Shown here in pieces: positions 40,840 to 50,662 of a stretch of 64,000 nt of DNA. A model generated the notes under the pieces. It saw nothing but the letters and a program-made list of their open reading frames with translations, made no database searches and was not told where the DNA came from. The stretch comes from a virus, in IMG/VR virus record IMGVR_UViG_3300045988_174698, one strand, 5' to 3'. The first letter of the stretch is position 1, and each line of letters starts with the position of its first letter. The position numbers and the translations under genes are program-made.

Positions 40840-41922
40840 TTAAATAAGTTTTGCAGCTAATTTTGGGTTAAGTAATAGTTTATTACATTTACCAGGATAG
40901 TGTTTGTTTAGTGTTCTTACTAGGCTAAAGAGTAGATCTTCAGTTAACAATAACTTATCATTATCAACTATCCTAAGAATACGATCTATAATTAGGTCCA
41001 TTTTACACCCAGGTTTACTAAGATATAATAAGCTATAATTTATAAATCTAGTGGTAATTACAGAAGCTATATCGGCACGATACTTACCTTTATCATATAA
41101 TTGATTCTCAAGTATCCTTTTAATATCGTTCCAATCCGTATTAACTAGTTCTTCTGGGGAAGGAAGTTTATCTAATTTATTAGCTATGAATGTAGTAAAT
41201 AATCCCCCAACAATATCATCACTATCAAGAAAACATCCAGAAGCTATTTGCAGAATAAAGGATAAATTCTCAGGTTTAGACCAATCATCAATACTAGAAA
41301 TAGTATTAATAAACATAGTATAATTGCGAGCATTAATTTTAGACTGCCTAGATTTTGAACGGTCCATTAATTCATCACTATAAAGAAGCATAAAGTTAAT
41401 CGCCTGATTATTATACCCTTTTTCCTCGGCATATTTAGCCCAATCATATTTATCAAACTTAATATTAAAGTTTAACATACGGGTTTTTATAGCCTCATCA
41501 ATTTCTGTTACATTAAAATCTCCCCCTTCAGGATTAGCTGTTAAAATAACAGTACTATTAGGAGGTAATTTCCAAGAGAAATATTCTTGTCTTGATATAA
41601 GCTCCATAATAGCAGCCAATACAATTGGAGAGCTACGATTCACATCGTCAAGATTCAAAATTGTAGGTTTACTTAGATCAATACTTTTTATCCATTCTGG
41701 AATTGCATAGCTCATTCTAGTTTCCTCAGATATTTCCCAACCTGCTTTACTATAACTTTCTATAAGTTCTGCAGTTATCCATCTACATTCATCATTTTTA
41801 CATACATAGTGCTCTTTAATTGGCCACCCGCAAATTTCTCCTGGGTCTGAAATTTGACTAAGGTTTTTCTTGATGTAATTAGCACCAATTTCACTAGCTA
41901 TTTGTTCGATTAAACTCGTTTT
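40840..41922 (-). CDS. MoxR-like AAA+ ATPase, exon 2 (from KTSLIEQIA of Walker A onward; 360 aa)
   Basis: Walker B/sensor region ILNLDDVNRSSPIVLAAIMELI...VILTANP matches the MoxR/AAA_5 pattern (ADEINR ... NP). Confidence 0.6.
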   Translation of the reverse strand, partial: KTSLIEQIASEIGANYIKKNLSQISDPGEICGWPIKEHYVCKNDECRWITAELIESYSKAGWEISEETRMSYAIPEWIKSIDLSKPTILNLDDVNRSSPIVLAAIMELISRQEYFSWKLPPNSTVILTANPEGGDFNVTEIDEAIKTRMLNFNIKFDKYDWAKYAEEKGYNNQAINFMLLYSDELMDRSKSRQSKINARNYTMFINTISSIDDWSKPENLSFILQIASGCFLDSDDIVGGLFTTFIANKLDKLPSPEELVNTDWNDIKRILENQLYDKGKYRADIASVITTRFINYSLLYLSKPGCKMDLIIDRILRIVDNDKLLLTEDLLFSLVRTLNKHYPGKCNKLLLNPKLAAKLI

Positions 41923-43338
41923 CAATTTTGTTATCTCTAGAGCTTTTTATCTCTAGATTCTATATCTTCATATTCGATATAGTTCAGCATATCTTTTCAC
42001 CTCTAAAAATAGTAAGGTGGAGCACACTCGTGGGAAAATTATATTCTGTACAACAGGTTCATTTCCTATGCGTTGCACTGTAGCAAATCATTTAAATCTG
42101 CTATTAGCTCAGGATTAGCATCTCAGCCTTCCCTGAATTTGCGCTCTAATAATTTTAAAGATTTCTCTTTAAAACGGCAATCTTTGATTTTATTAAATAT
42201 TTGATATTTTCTATCTAAATAAATTGTTGATTTATAATATAGGTGATATAAGTAGGCAGTTGCCTTTATTCCCGAAAAACTAAATGCAAAAGTAAAATCG
42301 CTATGATTATTAGAAAACAAATGTCTAGGCTCTAAGTAGCTTACCATTTTACTTAAAAATTCTTTTGCACCTAAACAGCTTATTTCTGGTTTATCATATA
42401 ATCCTAATGACCCATCACCATCAAAATATCCTCTAATAAAATGTCTTATTAAATCTTTAGACTTAAAGATATTTTCATTAGGAAATTTTAAAGTCAGTGA
42501 CTTTTTAGGAGTACATCCGTAAGAATTTAATGTTTCTCATAAGTGTTTATTTGTTAGAGCAAATCTACATCTAAAATATTGCTTATTGTTACATATAATA
42601 GATGATATTTTTACTCTATTACCTGTTACTTGAAAAAACTTCTGTAATTTATATAAATGTTCCACATCAGATCCTTTTAAAGAAACTTCAAAATTATAAT
42701 GAGGTTTTCCATTTTTAGGAATTGAAGCAATATATCCATCAGCAAAAATAAAACCCAATCAATAAGCTTTTTCTTCGGTATCTATAATATCAAAAATGTG
42801 TTCATTAAATTTTAGCATATTTTGAGTATTAATAACTGGTATTCCAAGTTTCTTTAATCTAATAGAAAAATTGCTTCGACTAAATTTATATTTATTACTT
42901 ATTTGTGTTAGGCTATAACCATTACTATACATCTGCACTGCCTCTTCAAAGTAAGTATCTAAATTACTCTTTCGTATATTAATGTTATTATTATGAAGAA
43001 TAGTGGAAATAGTATTTCTGGATACATTATATAGTTTAGCTATATCACTACAAGTTTTACCCAAATTATATAGTTTACAAATATTAATTTTTTCAGATAA
43101 TATTAATTTACTACACTCTCTACAAAGAGAATTTCTATTAGCTACACGACTAACTGTAGTAGGATGTACTTTACAAATTTTACTTATATCTTTAATCTTA
43201 TAACCTTGATTATATAAATCAATAATCTTATTTTCTAAATCATTACTAATTTTTTGCATAATATTTAAATTTTAAATAAATTAAATCTATGCAAAAGTAA
43301 TAATATAAAACAATTTAATCAAATATTTTATAATAAAT
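41923..43338 (-). mobile_element. group I intron (~1416 nt) carrying a LAGLIDADG HE, splitting the Walker A codons of the MoxR-like ATPase
   Basis: Exon 1 ends GGU AUA GGU|U and exon 2 starts |AAA ACG AGU after an omega-G, giving LPGIG-KTSLIEQIA. An AAGATATAGAATC P7-3'-like element and a perfect P9-like hairpin tctagagataaaaagctctaga lie just upstream of the 3' splice site. Confidence 0.55.
42123..43259 (-). CDS. LAGLIDADG homing endonuclease (~378 aa) with N-terminal repeated HTH domains
   Basis: Track ORFs 42759..43259, 42537..42758 and 42123..42347 are in frame and joined by TGA. Motifs LGFIFADGYI and IRGYFDGDGSLG. Confidence 0.85.
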
Positions 43339-43461
43339 TACCTATACCAGGAAGTGAAGTAAGTTGAACACTTATTGGAAATTCTCCTCTTTCTTGGAGA
43401 GATCTATTATTGTTTATAATATATTTTAAAATAGGTTTTATTTCTCCTAATGTTAGTTCCA
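43339..43461 (-). CDS. MoxR-like AAA+ ATPase, exon 1 (41 aa, MELTLGEIKP...VQLTSLPGIG, first half of Walker A)
   Basis: Small ORF starting one codon after the VWA gene stop. It ends in GPGIG at a U that fits a group I 5' splice site. Confidence 0.5.
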
Positions 43462-43467
43462 TATTTA

Positions 43468-44619
43468 TTACGGTATTAATACAGTTATTCCTGGAAACTT
43501 CTGAGATTTATTCCCATCAGATGTAATAATCCAGATTAAGTTTTTACAAGTTGAAAATGTAAATTTAGATAAGTAACCATCAGTAAATATCACACAAGAA
43601 CTAAATTCTTTGTGTTCTTTATAGAAGTCTAGAGCTGGGCAAACATCAGTACCTCCACGACCAATAAATTCAAATTTACTTTTTTTATCATATTTACATA
43701 TCTTAGTGATATTAGTATCACACTCTATAATTGTTATATCTACACCTGTTTTATATATATGATTAACTTCAGATATAAAATTAGAAAAGTCATTCATATT
43801 TATAGAACCTGAAGTATCAATAACAACACATATGTTTGGTTTTCTTTTTAAACGAGTTCCTCTAGCATCAGGTAATCTTTTTGAAGGTCTCATCCTAGTT
43901 AATTGTAGATCACTACTAATAGAATCTCCAACTACTCGTCTAAAATAGTTTCTCCAGTTAAAAACTGGAGGATTATTTCTTATTTTTTCAAGTATTTCTT
44001 TTAATTCTCCAGGTATGTGGCCTACTTGTTTATTAACAAGAGCTTCTGTTTCTTTTAACTTAGACTTTACTTGATTTTCATATAATTTACGTTCGGCTTC
44101 CGATATATCTTTAGGCCACATATCATGATTATCTATACTTTTAAAGTCGGCTAATCCTTCAGTACCAGGGATACATTTTTCAGGGTGTTCTTTAACAAAC
44201 TTTTGTATTTCATTATAATAATACCACGCCCCTCTATTGGGCTCTAGGTTCTTTCCAATTAACTTAGAAAGATTCTGTAAAGTAACACACCCATCAGGCA
44301 ATCCTGTAACTATTTGGTTCACAACTACATCTGTTGCTATATTCATATTATCATGATTATCTGCTTTGAAATCATCAGTAAGATGAAATAAACATATGTG
44401 TACTAACTCATGGGTGAGCACAGCAATACATTCAGTATCAGTAAGGTTATTCCAAAATGTTTCATTTACATATAATGTAAAATTGATACCATTAGGACCT
44501 ACAGCAGCTGTTTTTACAGGATGATTATCACTAACAATCTCCTTGCGTAGATTTAGCAAGAAAAGTCCATAAAAAGGTTGCTGAATAAGAAGCTCTTTAC
44601 ATGCTTTAATTAATTGCAT
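43468..44619 (-). CDS. DUF2201-type putative metallopeptidase (HExxH) fused to a VWA domain (MIDAS DxSxS)
   Basis: HELVHICLFH at the N-terminus and ICVVIDTSGSINMNDF...GGTD at the C-terminus. This architecture is the classic partner of MoxR AAA_5 ATPases. Confidence 0.7.
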   Translation of the reverse strand: MQLIKACKELLIQQPFYGLFLLNLRKEIVSDNHPVKTAAVGPNGINFTLYVNETFWNNLTDTECIAVLTHELVHICLFHLTDDFKADNHDNMNIATDVVVNQIVTGLPDGCVTLQNLSKLIGKNLEPNRGAWYYYNEIQKFVKEHPEKCIPGTEGLADFKSIDNHDMWPKDISEAERKLYENQVKSKLKETEALVNKQVGHIPGELKEILEKIRNNPPVFNWRNYFRRVVGDSISSDLQLTRMRPSKRLPDARGTRLKRKPNICVVIDTSGSINMNDFSNFISEVNHIYKTGVDITIIECDTNITKICKYDKKSKFEFIGRGGTDVCPALDFYKEHKEFSSCVIFTDGYLSKFTFSTCKNLIWIITSDGNKSQKFPGITVLIP

Positions 44620-44791
44620 ATTCTATTTCATCTTTATTAAGCCAACGTTTAAATGTTAATCTAACAACGCCTTTTATAGGTGCATCTAACATTTTATAGT
44701 CAGCATTACATTCATAAAAAATCCTAGGATTGTTGGTATCATAAGTCCAACAAATCCCAGGATATTCGTTAGTTAAACAATATTTTCTCAT
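44606..44791 (-). CDS. small hypothetical protein (61 aa)
   Basis: Track ORF; its ATG overlaps the upstream stop (TAATG). Confidence 0.35.
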   Translation of the reverse strand: MRKYCLTNEYPGICWTYDTNNPRIFYECNADYKMLDAPIKGVVRLTFKRWLNKDEIEYAIN

Positions 44792-45375
44792 TAGTGTTGT
44801 TTACAATATATTACGCCTTGATAACGGCTATTAAAGCAAAGATTACATTTTCTGCAATCTCCTTTACATCTTACAGCATTATTTGGTAAATTATTAAATT
44901 GAAACTTATCTACACAGAAAAACCAACGGTGTGCTTTAATATTTGGAGAAGAAGAATTTACTATAAAGTGAACTCCGCTAAAATTTAAGTCCTCTCTACA
45001 GGTATAACAATATGTTTTAATTCCAAAAACTTTATATAACCATCGTCCAATATTAGATCACCTGTCAACAGACTGTTGATCTGGAAAATCACCCGCTTCA
45101 TTAAGTCTAACGTATTTAATCTTAACAGGAGCATTTAATATATAATACATTAGCATGTCCTTAAGATCTTTATCATCCCACAAATACATGTATGACTCAA
45201 TCAATGTGTTTTTGTGCAAGTATGCTTTATATATACGTTCACATTTTTTAGCATAACATACTTTACTACATCTACAGAAGCCTAATCTTTCCGAAGGACA
45301 ATGTACTGCAGATGTAATATTTACTATGAGTGTTTCTTTTGGTAATTTGGCATTCCCATATGAAAATACTTGCAT
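44791..45375 (-). CDS. Cys-rich putative metal-binding protein (~194 aa, 15+ Cys)
   Basis: Track ORF 45058..45375 extended through TGA (45055) to TAA at 44791. Clusters HCPSERLGFCRCSKVCYAKKC and CKGDCRKCNLC. Confidence 0.5.
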
Positions 45376-45403
45376 ATTACCTAAGCCTCATCGCTCTTGA
45401 AAT

Positions 45404-45859
45404 TTAATAATATTCGTATTCATCATAGTTTTCATTATAATAGTCTTCATCTCCAGTATCATCTCCTATAGGATTATTAAACCCATATTTAACGGAAGTT
45501 GCTTTGAAAAGAGGTAATCCATAGTAGGCATAATTATCATTAGACCAATTTTCCAAACCTTCTTCAAGGATCCAGTTCCACATCTGCACCACCTCAAACA
45601 TTAGACTCGAAGAAATGCCTCTTTTATCTAAGGCTTTCTCAAAACCAAAAGCAACATCTTCTTTAAGCTGCTTCAGTACATTCTCTCTGGTAAAAGGAAT
45701 AGTCTTTTTATCCCATTCTTCCTTAGTTACGTTATCTTGAAGAGTTAGACCACAAAAAGGAAACATTTCAAAGGGAATGAATTCTGCAAGTCTATATAAA
45801 TCTCTTCCATCTATCGTAGGACTTTTATATGCTACTTTAATCTGTTCAAGTGTTTTCAT
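45404..45859 (-). CDS. hypothetical protein with acidic Tyr-rich tail
   Basis: Track ORF. Confidence 0.45.
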   Translation of the reverse strand: MKTLEQIKVAYKSPTIDGRDLYRLAEFIPFEMFPFCGLTLQDNVTKEEWDKKTIPFTRENVLKQLKEDVAFGFEKALDKRGISSSLMFEVVQMWNWILEEGLENWSNDNYAYYGLPLFKATSVKYGFNNPIGDDTGDEDYYNENYDEYEYY

Positions 45860-45928
45860 CTTCTATATGTTATATTTTAGCTGTCATCTTTAGATAATTT
45901 GATGTTAGTACTTGATAATATATCTTCT

Positions 45929-46168
45929 TTATCTTTTGTTAAGTTTAAATTTACCACAACGTAAAGAACCACTAAGCCCTAAATCTAAACTACCATAAAC
46001 ATAAGATTTATAGAAACTTCCATATGGGTTAGCCTCAAGACTCCAATCCTCTAAAGCTCCAATCTGATACATAATACTATCTATATTATCAATAGGAATC
46101 ATCGGTAAATCTAATTCTCTATTACTAGAATTGAGAAATTCTTCTATTAGTTGTTTAATCGTTTCCAT
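45929..46168 (-). CDS. hypothetical protein
   Basis: Track ORF overlapping the thyX stop. Confidence 0.4.
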   Translation of the reverse strand: METIKQLIEEFLNSSNRELDLPMIPIDNIDSIMYQIGALEDWSLEANPYGSFYKSYVYGSLDLGLSGSLRCGKFKLNKR

Positions 46169-47069
46169 CTAATAAGTTTCTTTTAATAAACTCTTCTTTT
46201 AAAGGAATAGCTAGTTCCTGAGCCTGAGGATGAGCTGCTTTATCAGTTCTAAGTTTAAAGAATCCTCTCCACTGTTCAATAGTACCAGTCATAATTAATT
46301 CTGTTTTTGTGCACAATGGAAGAATTTCTCTAGCCTCTTGAGCTTTACAACCTCTGTTAATAAGAGCTTTATAATTCACTTCAGCTGATTCACACTGAGA
46401 TAAGAAAATGTCAACAGAGTCTCCTTCAAAATGTTTTAGTATGGTATTGGGAATATTATTTTTATCTGCAGCATCTACCCAATCGTTATCCCAATATTGA
46501 TATCTAGCCTCCTTTAAATCAGTCCAATAAGGAATAATAAACGTAAGTTCGTTATTAAATTTATCGGAATTGTAATTGCAATATCTTGTTGATTGTTCCG
46601 CAAATGATAACACGCGATGGCGACAAAACTCACGACTTATAGAAATTGGAAGAATAAACTTTACTGTAATTCGTTTTTCATGATATTCAGTAGGTTCACA
46701 GAGATGTTTTAAATCGTCAAGCCAGCCATTTTCATATAAAACTCTGTAATTAGTTGTGATATGATAATTACCATAAGAATCTGTATTAATAACTGAGTAA
46801 GAATTAGAAAGGTATTGTTTAATTACCCAATTATCACCTATTATATTGGAAGCATGATCCTTATGAATATAAAGATATACAGTGCCATGTTCAAGCATTG
46901 CGGTATGCTGTCTATCCTTAATCATATTAACAAACTTCTCTGCAGAATCTTCTGTAATACGATCCTCTGACTTATAACATGTTCTTCCTGCTCTTTCAAT
47001 TTGTTTATATATTCCTTGAATACCTGGCTCTTGTTCTAAAATTTCAAAACTACTTTTAATAAGTTTCAT
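46155..47069 (-). CDS. thyX: flavin-dependent thymidylate synthase ThyX
   Basis: ThyX signature RHRxxSxxxxSxR present as CRHRVLSFAEQSTRY. Length 304 aa. Confidence 0.9.
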   Translation of the reverse strand: MKLIKSSFEILEQEPGIQGIYKQIERAGRTCYKSEDRITEDSAEKFVNMIKDRQHTAMLEHGTVYLYIHKDHASNIIGDNWVIKQYLSNSYSVINTDSYGNYHITTNYRVLYENGWLDDLKHLCEPTEYHEKRITVKFILPISISREFCRHRVLSFAEQSTRYCNYNSDKFNNELTFIIPYWTDLKEARYQYWDNDWVDAADKNNIPNTILKHFEGDSVDIFLSQCESAEVNYKALINRGCKAQEAREILPLCTKTELIMTGTIEQWRGFFKLRTDKAAHPQAQELAIPLKEEFIKRNLLDGND

Positions 47070-47077
47070 ATAATTAT

Positions 47078-47374
47078 TTATTCTTTTTGTTTATAAGTTA
47101 TAGTTGGAATTGCAATAAATTCTGAAACAAAACAGGGTTTATCAATATCTTTCCAACTATTCTCCTCACTATATAATTTAGAAGGCCCAGTTATACCAAT
47201 ATATCCGTTCTCACACTCATATACATCTGTTGAGATTTCATACCATCTATGTTCATCTATATACAGATTACTAGCAACCTTTTTAATTCTATTATTGATA
47301 AATTCTTCAGCACTATATAATGAATATAGAGGATAATTATCCCTTATTAAGTTTACTGCTTCATTAACTTTCAT
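47078..47374 (-). CDS. small protein, tandem paralog A (98 aa)
   Basis: Similar to the adjacent gene: VYECENGYIGITG vs IYQCEDGFVAITG, and shared ...IPT(V/I)(M/T)Y..K tails. Confidence 0.5.
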   Translation of the reverse strand: MKVNEAVNLIRDNYPLYSLYSAEEFINNRIKKVASNLYIDEHRWYEISTDVYECENGYIGITGPSKLYSEENSWKDIDKPCFVSEFIAIPTITYKQKE

Positions 47375-47673
47375 TATCGACGATATTTTGGAGCATACAT
47401 TACAGTAGGAATTTCAATATATTCTTCTGCAAATGCTGCTATATTAAATTCCTCATAATCTTTCTTTTTTATATTATTCTTAAGACCTGTAATTGCAACA
47501 AACCCGTCTTCACATTGATAAATATTTGTTACTATATTAAAATATTTATGCTTTGTAATATTATAGTTCTCAACTACAATATCATCCTTATATAAACCTA
47601 CAGCTCTAGTTGCTTCAATTAAGGAATAATAATCAGTATTACTAATTATGGATATAACTTCTTTTACTTTCAT
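47374..47673 (-). CDS. small protein, tandem paralog B (99 aa)
   Basis: See paralog A. Stop and start overlap. Confidence 0.5.
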   Translation of the reverse strand: MKVKEVISIISNTDYYSLIEATRAVGLYKDDIVVENYNITKHKYFNIVTNIYQCEDGFVAITGLKNNIKKKDYEEFNIAAFAEEYIEIPTVMYAPKYRR

Positions 47674-47684
47674 TTTATTATATA

Positions 47685-47870
47685 TTATATTTTAATAATT
47701 TTATCACAACTTTTCAAGTGAACTTTTCCACTAAGATCATATTTTAATTTGATTCTTTCTGCAGTAAATCCTATAACTTCTGCTTTTACAAACCAAGATG
47801 AAGTTCGTGATCGCTCAATACAAATAACTTGATCTCCAATTGCTAATATGTTACCTAACCAATCTTTCAT
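47685..47870 (-). CDS. small hypothetical protein
   Basis: Track ORF. Confidence 0.35.
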   Translation of the reverse strand: MKDWLGNILAIGDQVICIERSRTSSWFVKAEVIGFTAERIKLKYDLSGKVHLKSCDKIIKI

Positions 47871-48328
47871 TATGTATTCATTTTATAAAACATTTGTATC
47901 TTTTCTTTCAAATCATATAGTATTGCTTTTTCCTGAACAGTATTTACAAATAGTTCGTACATATTATACTTTTCATCATTATATATTAACAACATATCAT
48001 TAATACTTACATCAATATAATTACCTCCTATATAATATCGTAATTTAAAATTAATATATGAATTATTACATTCATACTTAATATCTGTATAACATTCTGA
48101 AGCAATATTTAATAAATTATTAATAAAGTTCTTTGTATAAGATACAACCATTCTATTTGTAATTGGAATCCTACTCTTTGTTCGGTCTTCAATATTTCTA
48201 ATAACATCATTTACAACACTATCCCTTGCTATTATTGTAGCTTGATCTGATTCAATTTTACAAGTTCGAGATTGAAGATTAGAAACAAACAGTTGAATTT
48301 CTTTTAAAGTTAAATTTTCATCATTCAT
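47870..48328 (-). CDS. hypothetical protein (152 aa)
   Basis: Track ORF. Confidence 0.45.
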   Translation of the reverse strand: MNDENLTLKEIQLFVSNLQSRTCKIESDQATIIARDSVVNDVIRNIEDRTKSRIPITNRMVVSYTKNFINNLLNIASECYTDIKYECNNSYINFKLRYYIGGNYIDVSINDMLLIYNDEKYNMYELFVNTVQEKAILYDLKEKIQMFYKMNT

Positions 48329-49253
48329 TAAAATAATTTTAATTGTTTATGCTTAAACATACATACGATTTTTTGTGCTGCAGCTATATAAAAAGAATAA
48401 TTAATATTAGATGGTAATTCATCAGATTTATTAATAGTATTCAAAATTGTTACGCCAGAGTCAGTTAATAGTTTAATATAGTTATATCGTCTACCATTAG
48501 AATCTATTTTACATTTATATAGCCATGGACCATCAGTAGATATATAATATCGGTTAATACGTTGAATTAACTGACCATCATATTCTACAGAATAATCTTT
48601 ACTAACTTTTTGATAAGTTATAAACTTATTAATATCCTTACAAGCATAAATAGTATCTGCAACAGGAATTCCATCTGCTAAACATTTATTAATAGCTTCG
48701 GGAATAATAACTGCATCCATACCTTTGCCAAGTTTTACCTTGTCGATAAACATACCTTTTGTCTTTAAAAGACTTGGATCTTTTGTTTCAGAATAACCTT
48801 CCTTAATTGCAAGATAGTCATTAATAGCAAACTGATACATTGCTTCAAATCTATCCTCTTCAAGAGTAAGTTTAGTTAAGATTTCCCAATTCTTGCAAAT
48901 TTCTTGTACATTGGTATATTTGTTTCGTTTTAATAGTACAAATAATCCATCAGTATTAGCTTGAATTATTCTACAACCTGCTTGAACTAATTTCTCCGCT
49001 AACATTAATAACATCAATTGTCCATTAATTCTAATTTGCATAACAGCATATGGAGAATAACAAAAATTATGTTCATTTTGTAGATTACCAGACAAACCGT
49101 TTAAAGCAAGTTTTAGAGTTTCATTCTTAACTTTATTTCCATTATGTTTAGCTTCTAATCGTTCATCTCGAATTTGAGAGTAAACTTCAAGGAATTCTTT
49201 ACCAAGATGTTTTGGATAAAATCCATATTGTATAATAATGCTAGGATATAGTG
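48328..49253 (-). CDS. family B DNA polymerase, exon 2 (from SLYPSIII of motif A to the C-terminus; degenerate motif C ANTDG)
   Basis: Hand translation upstream of track ORF 48328..49095 gives ...ALYPSIIIQYGFYPKHLGKEF... The exon begins after an omega-G. Confidence 0.8.
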
Positions 49254-49638
49254 CATATCCATTTTAATTTTCGACTATATCTTAATTTTTATATCTAATT
49301 TGTTCTGAATTTAATTCAATGTAGTGTCATTTAAAGCCTTTATATGAAGCTTTTGTACCTTGACAACAACAATAAATGGATATAACCAAATTAAATTTAT
49401 AAAAATTCGCGGCGTTTCGAATAAAACCTTATAAAGTTTTATCCTACTCTCTTTCGAGATAGTCTGTGAACCTTGATCCTATAAGGATCCTTGGCTGCGG
49501 ATTATAATACTTATTAAGTTTTTACTTTCTCATAAGCGTTATCTTATGTGCTACACTATGTATTACTACTAGCTGCAGTATTAATAAGTTAAATTAAGTT
49601 CCCGCAATTAACCGCGTTTTACTTGCGCCACTATATTA
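49254..49638 (-). mobile_element. ORF-less group I intron (385 nt) inside motif A of the DNA polymerase
   Basis: Contains AAGGTTCACAGACTA (plus 49452-49475) and AAGATATAGTCG (plus 49272-49283), near-identical to the Tetrahymena P7 strands. P1 pairing UUGCGU/GGCGCAA. Splicing yields DIDVA-S-LYPSIII. Confidence 0.75.
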
Positions 49639-50662
49639 ACGCAACATCTATATCAATAAGCATTTCATCTTTTGTAGGTATAATTTCCTCAGGTTTATTA
49701 ACACTATGAATACCTCCAACTCCAACAGTATATTCTAATTCATCAAATATAAAATGTTTCTCATATCCTTTACGTCCAGGAGAAACTGTTTGCTTTTTCA
49801 TATCAGCTAATACACTTTTAAGTATAGGTGATTCAAACTCAATAAAAGGTAAAATAACCTCATTTAATGGAATTAAATCGCAAGGTGACCTCAAATCTTT
49901 AATTTGATTTCAGGTTTGTCCTGTTTTTTCAAGATACTTTTGAGTAATAATTTTCATTCCAATATTAACTCCATCTTTATTAAGTACCTTTACTCCATAC
50001 TCATCTTCAATAGCTATACGTAAATCAATATCCTTTTTACATCTATTTAATAATTCCTCAGTAGAATCAACATCATTAATATTATATTCTATCATTTTAG
50101 GAATTTCAGATACAGGAAGATAATCTTGGAAATCGCCTTCATATTCTTGAACATTTCGAAACTGCATAGTTACTTGCATCTCCTTTAACCCTACTCTCAA
50201 CTTTTGAGAATAAAGCATAGTTAACAAGTCTAATGTTTCAAAATAAATTTTATATTTCCACTTTGTTCAAGAACTAAAATTAGTATCAGTAGATTGAATT
50301 ATTAAATTACTAAGTTTAAATAAAGATGCGCATATCTCTGAATACGACATCTTTAACATTACTTTATGAAAATCAATAATATAATTAATAATAGGATTAT
50401 CATAATGAATATTATTGTATCCACAAAATATTTTATCTGTTTTAAACTGTAAGTTTGTAGTATAGTTTCTTTCTCAAATACCAATTTGAGATTGATTTCT
50501 AACAGTTCAAAATAAATCTACTAACTCTTGTAAATTATTCTTACGTTCAGATATTTCAAAAAATAAGCGTTCTCCTGTTTCTGTATTTTTTACAACACAG
50601 TGAAACACATTAGGAAATATTTCAATATCATAAACGTATACAGTTTTATTTCTAATTAACAT
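49639..50662 (-). CDS. family B DNA polymerase, exon 1 (3'-5' exonuclease domain and palm up to DIDVA)
   Basis: Code-4 translation gives Exo I YVYDIEIF, Exo II FCGYNNIHYDNPII and a second YNINDVDS block. Start ATG overlaps the upstream stop (TAATG). Three in-frame TGAs. Confidence 0.8.

Noticed and set aside
40840-41925. Terminase large subunit assignment for this ATPase
   Set aside because: The Walker B is followed by the NR...TxNP sensor pattern characteristic of MoxR/AAA_5, not the terminase ATPase plus RNase-H-like nuclease arrangement. No capsid, portal or terminase genes were recognised anywhere in this window.
49631-49633. In-frame TAG at the end of the polymerase N-terminal half; considered TAG recoding or two separate polymerase genes
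   Set aside because: The TAG lies 2 codons inside a 385-nt non-coding insert whose removal perfectly restores PolB motif A. Elsewhere TAG ends genes (HE1, the nuclease), so an intron boundary is the simpler explanation.
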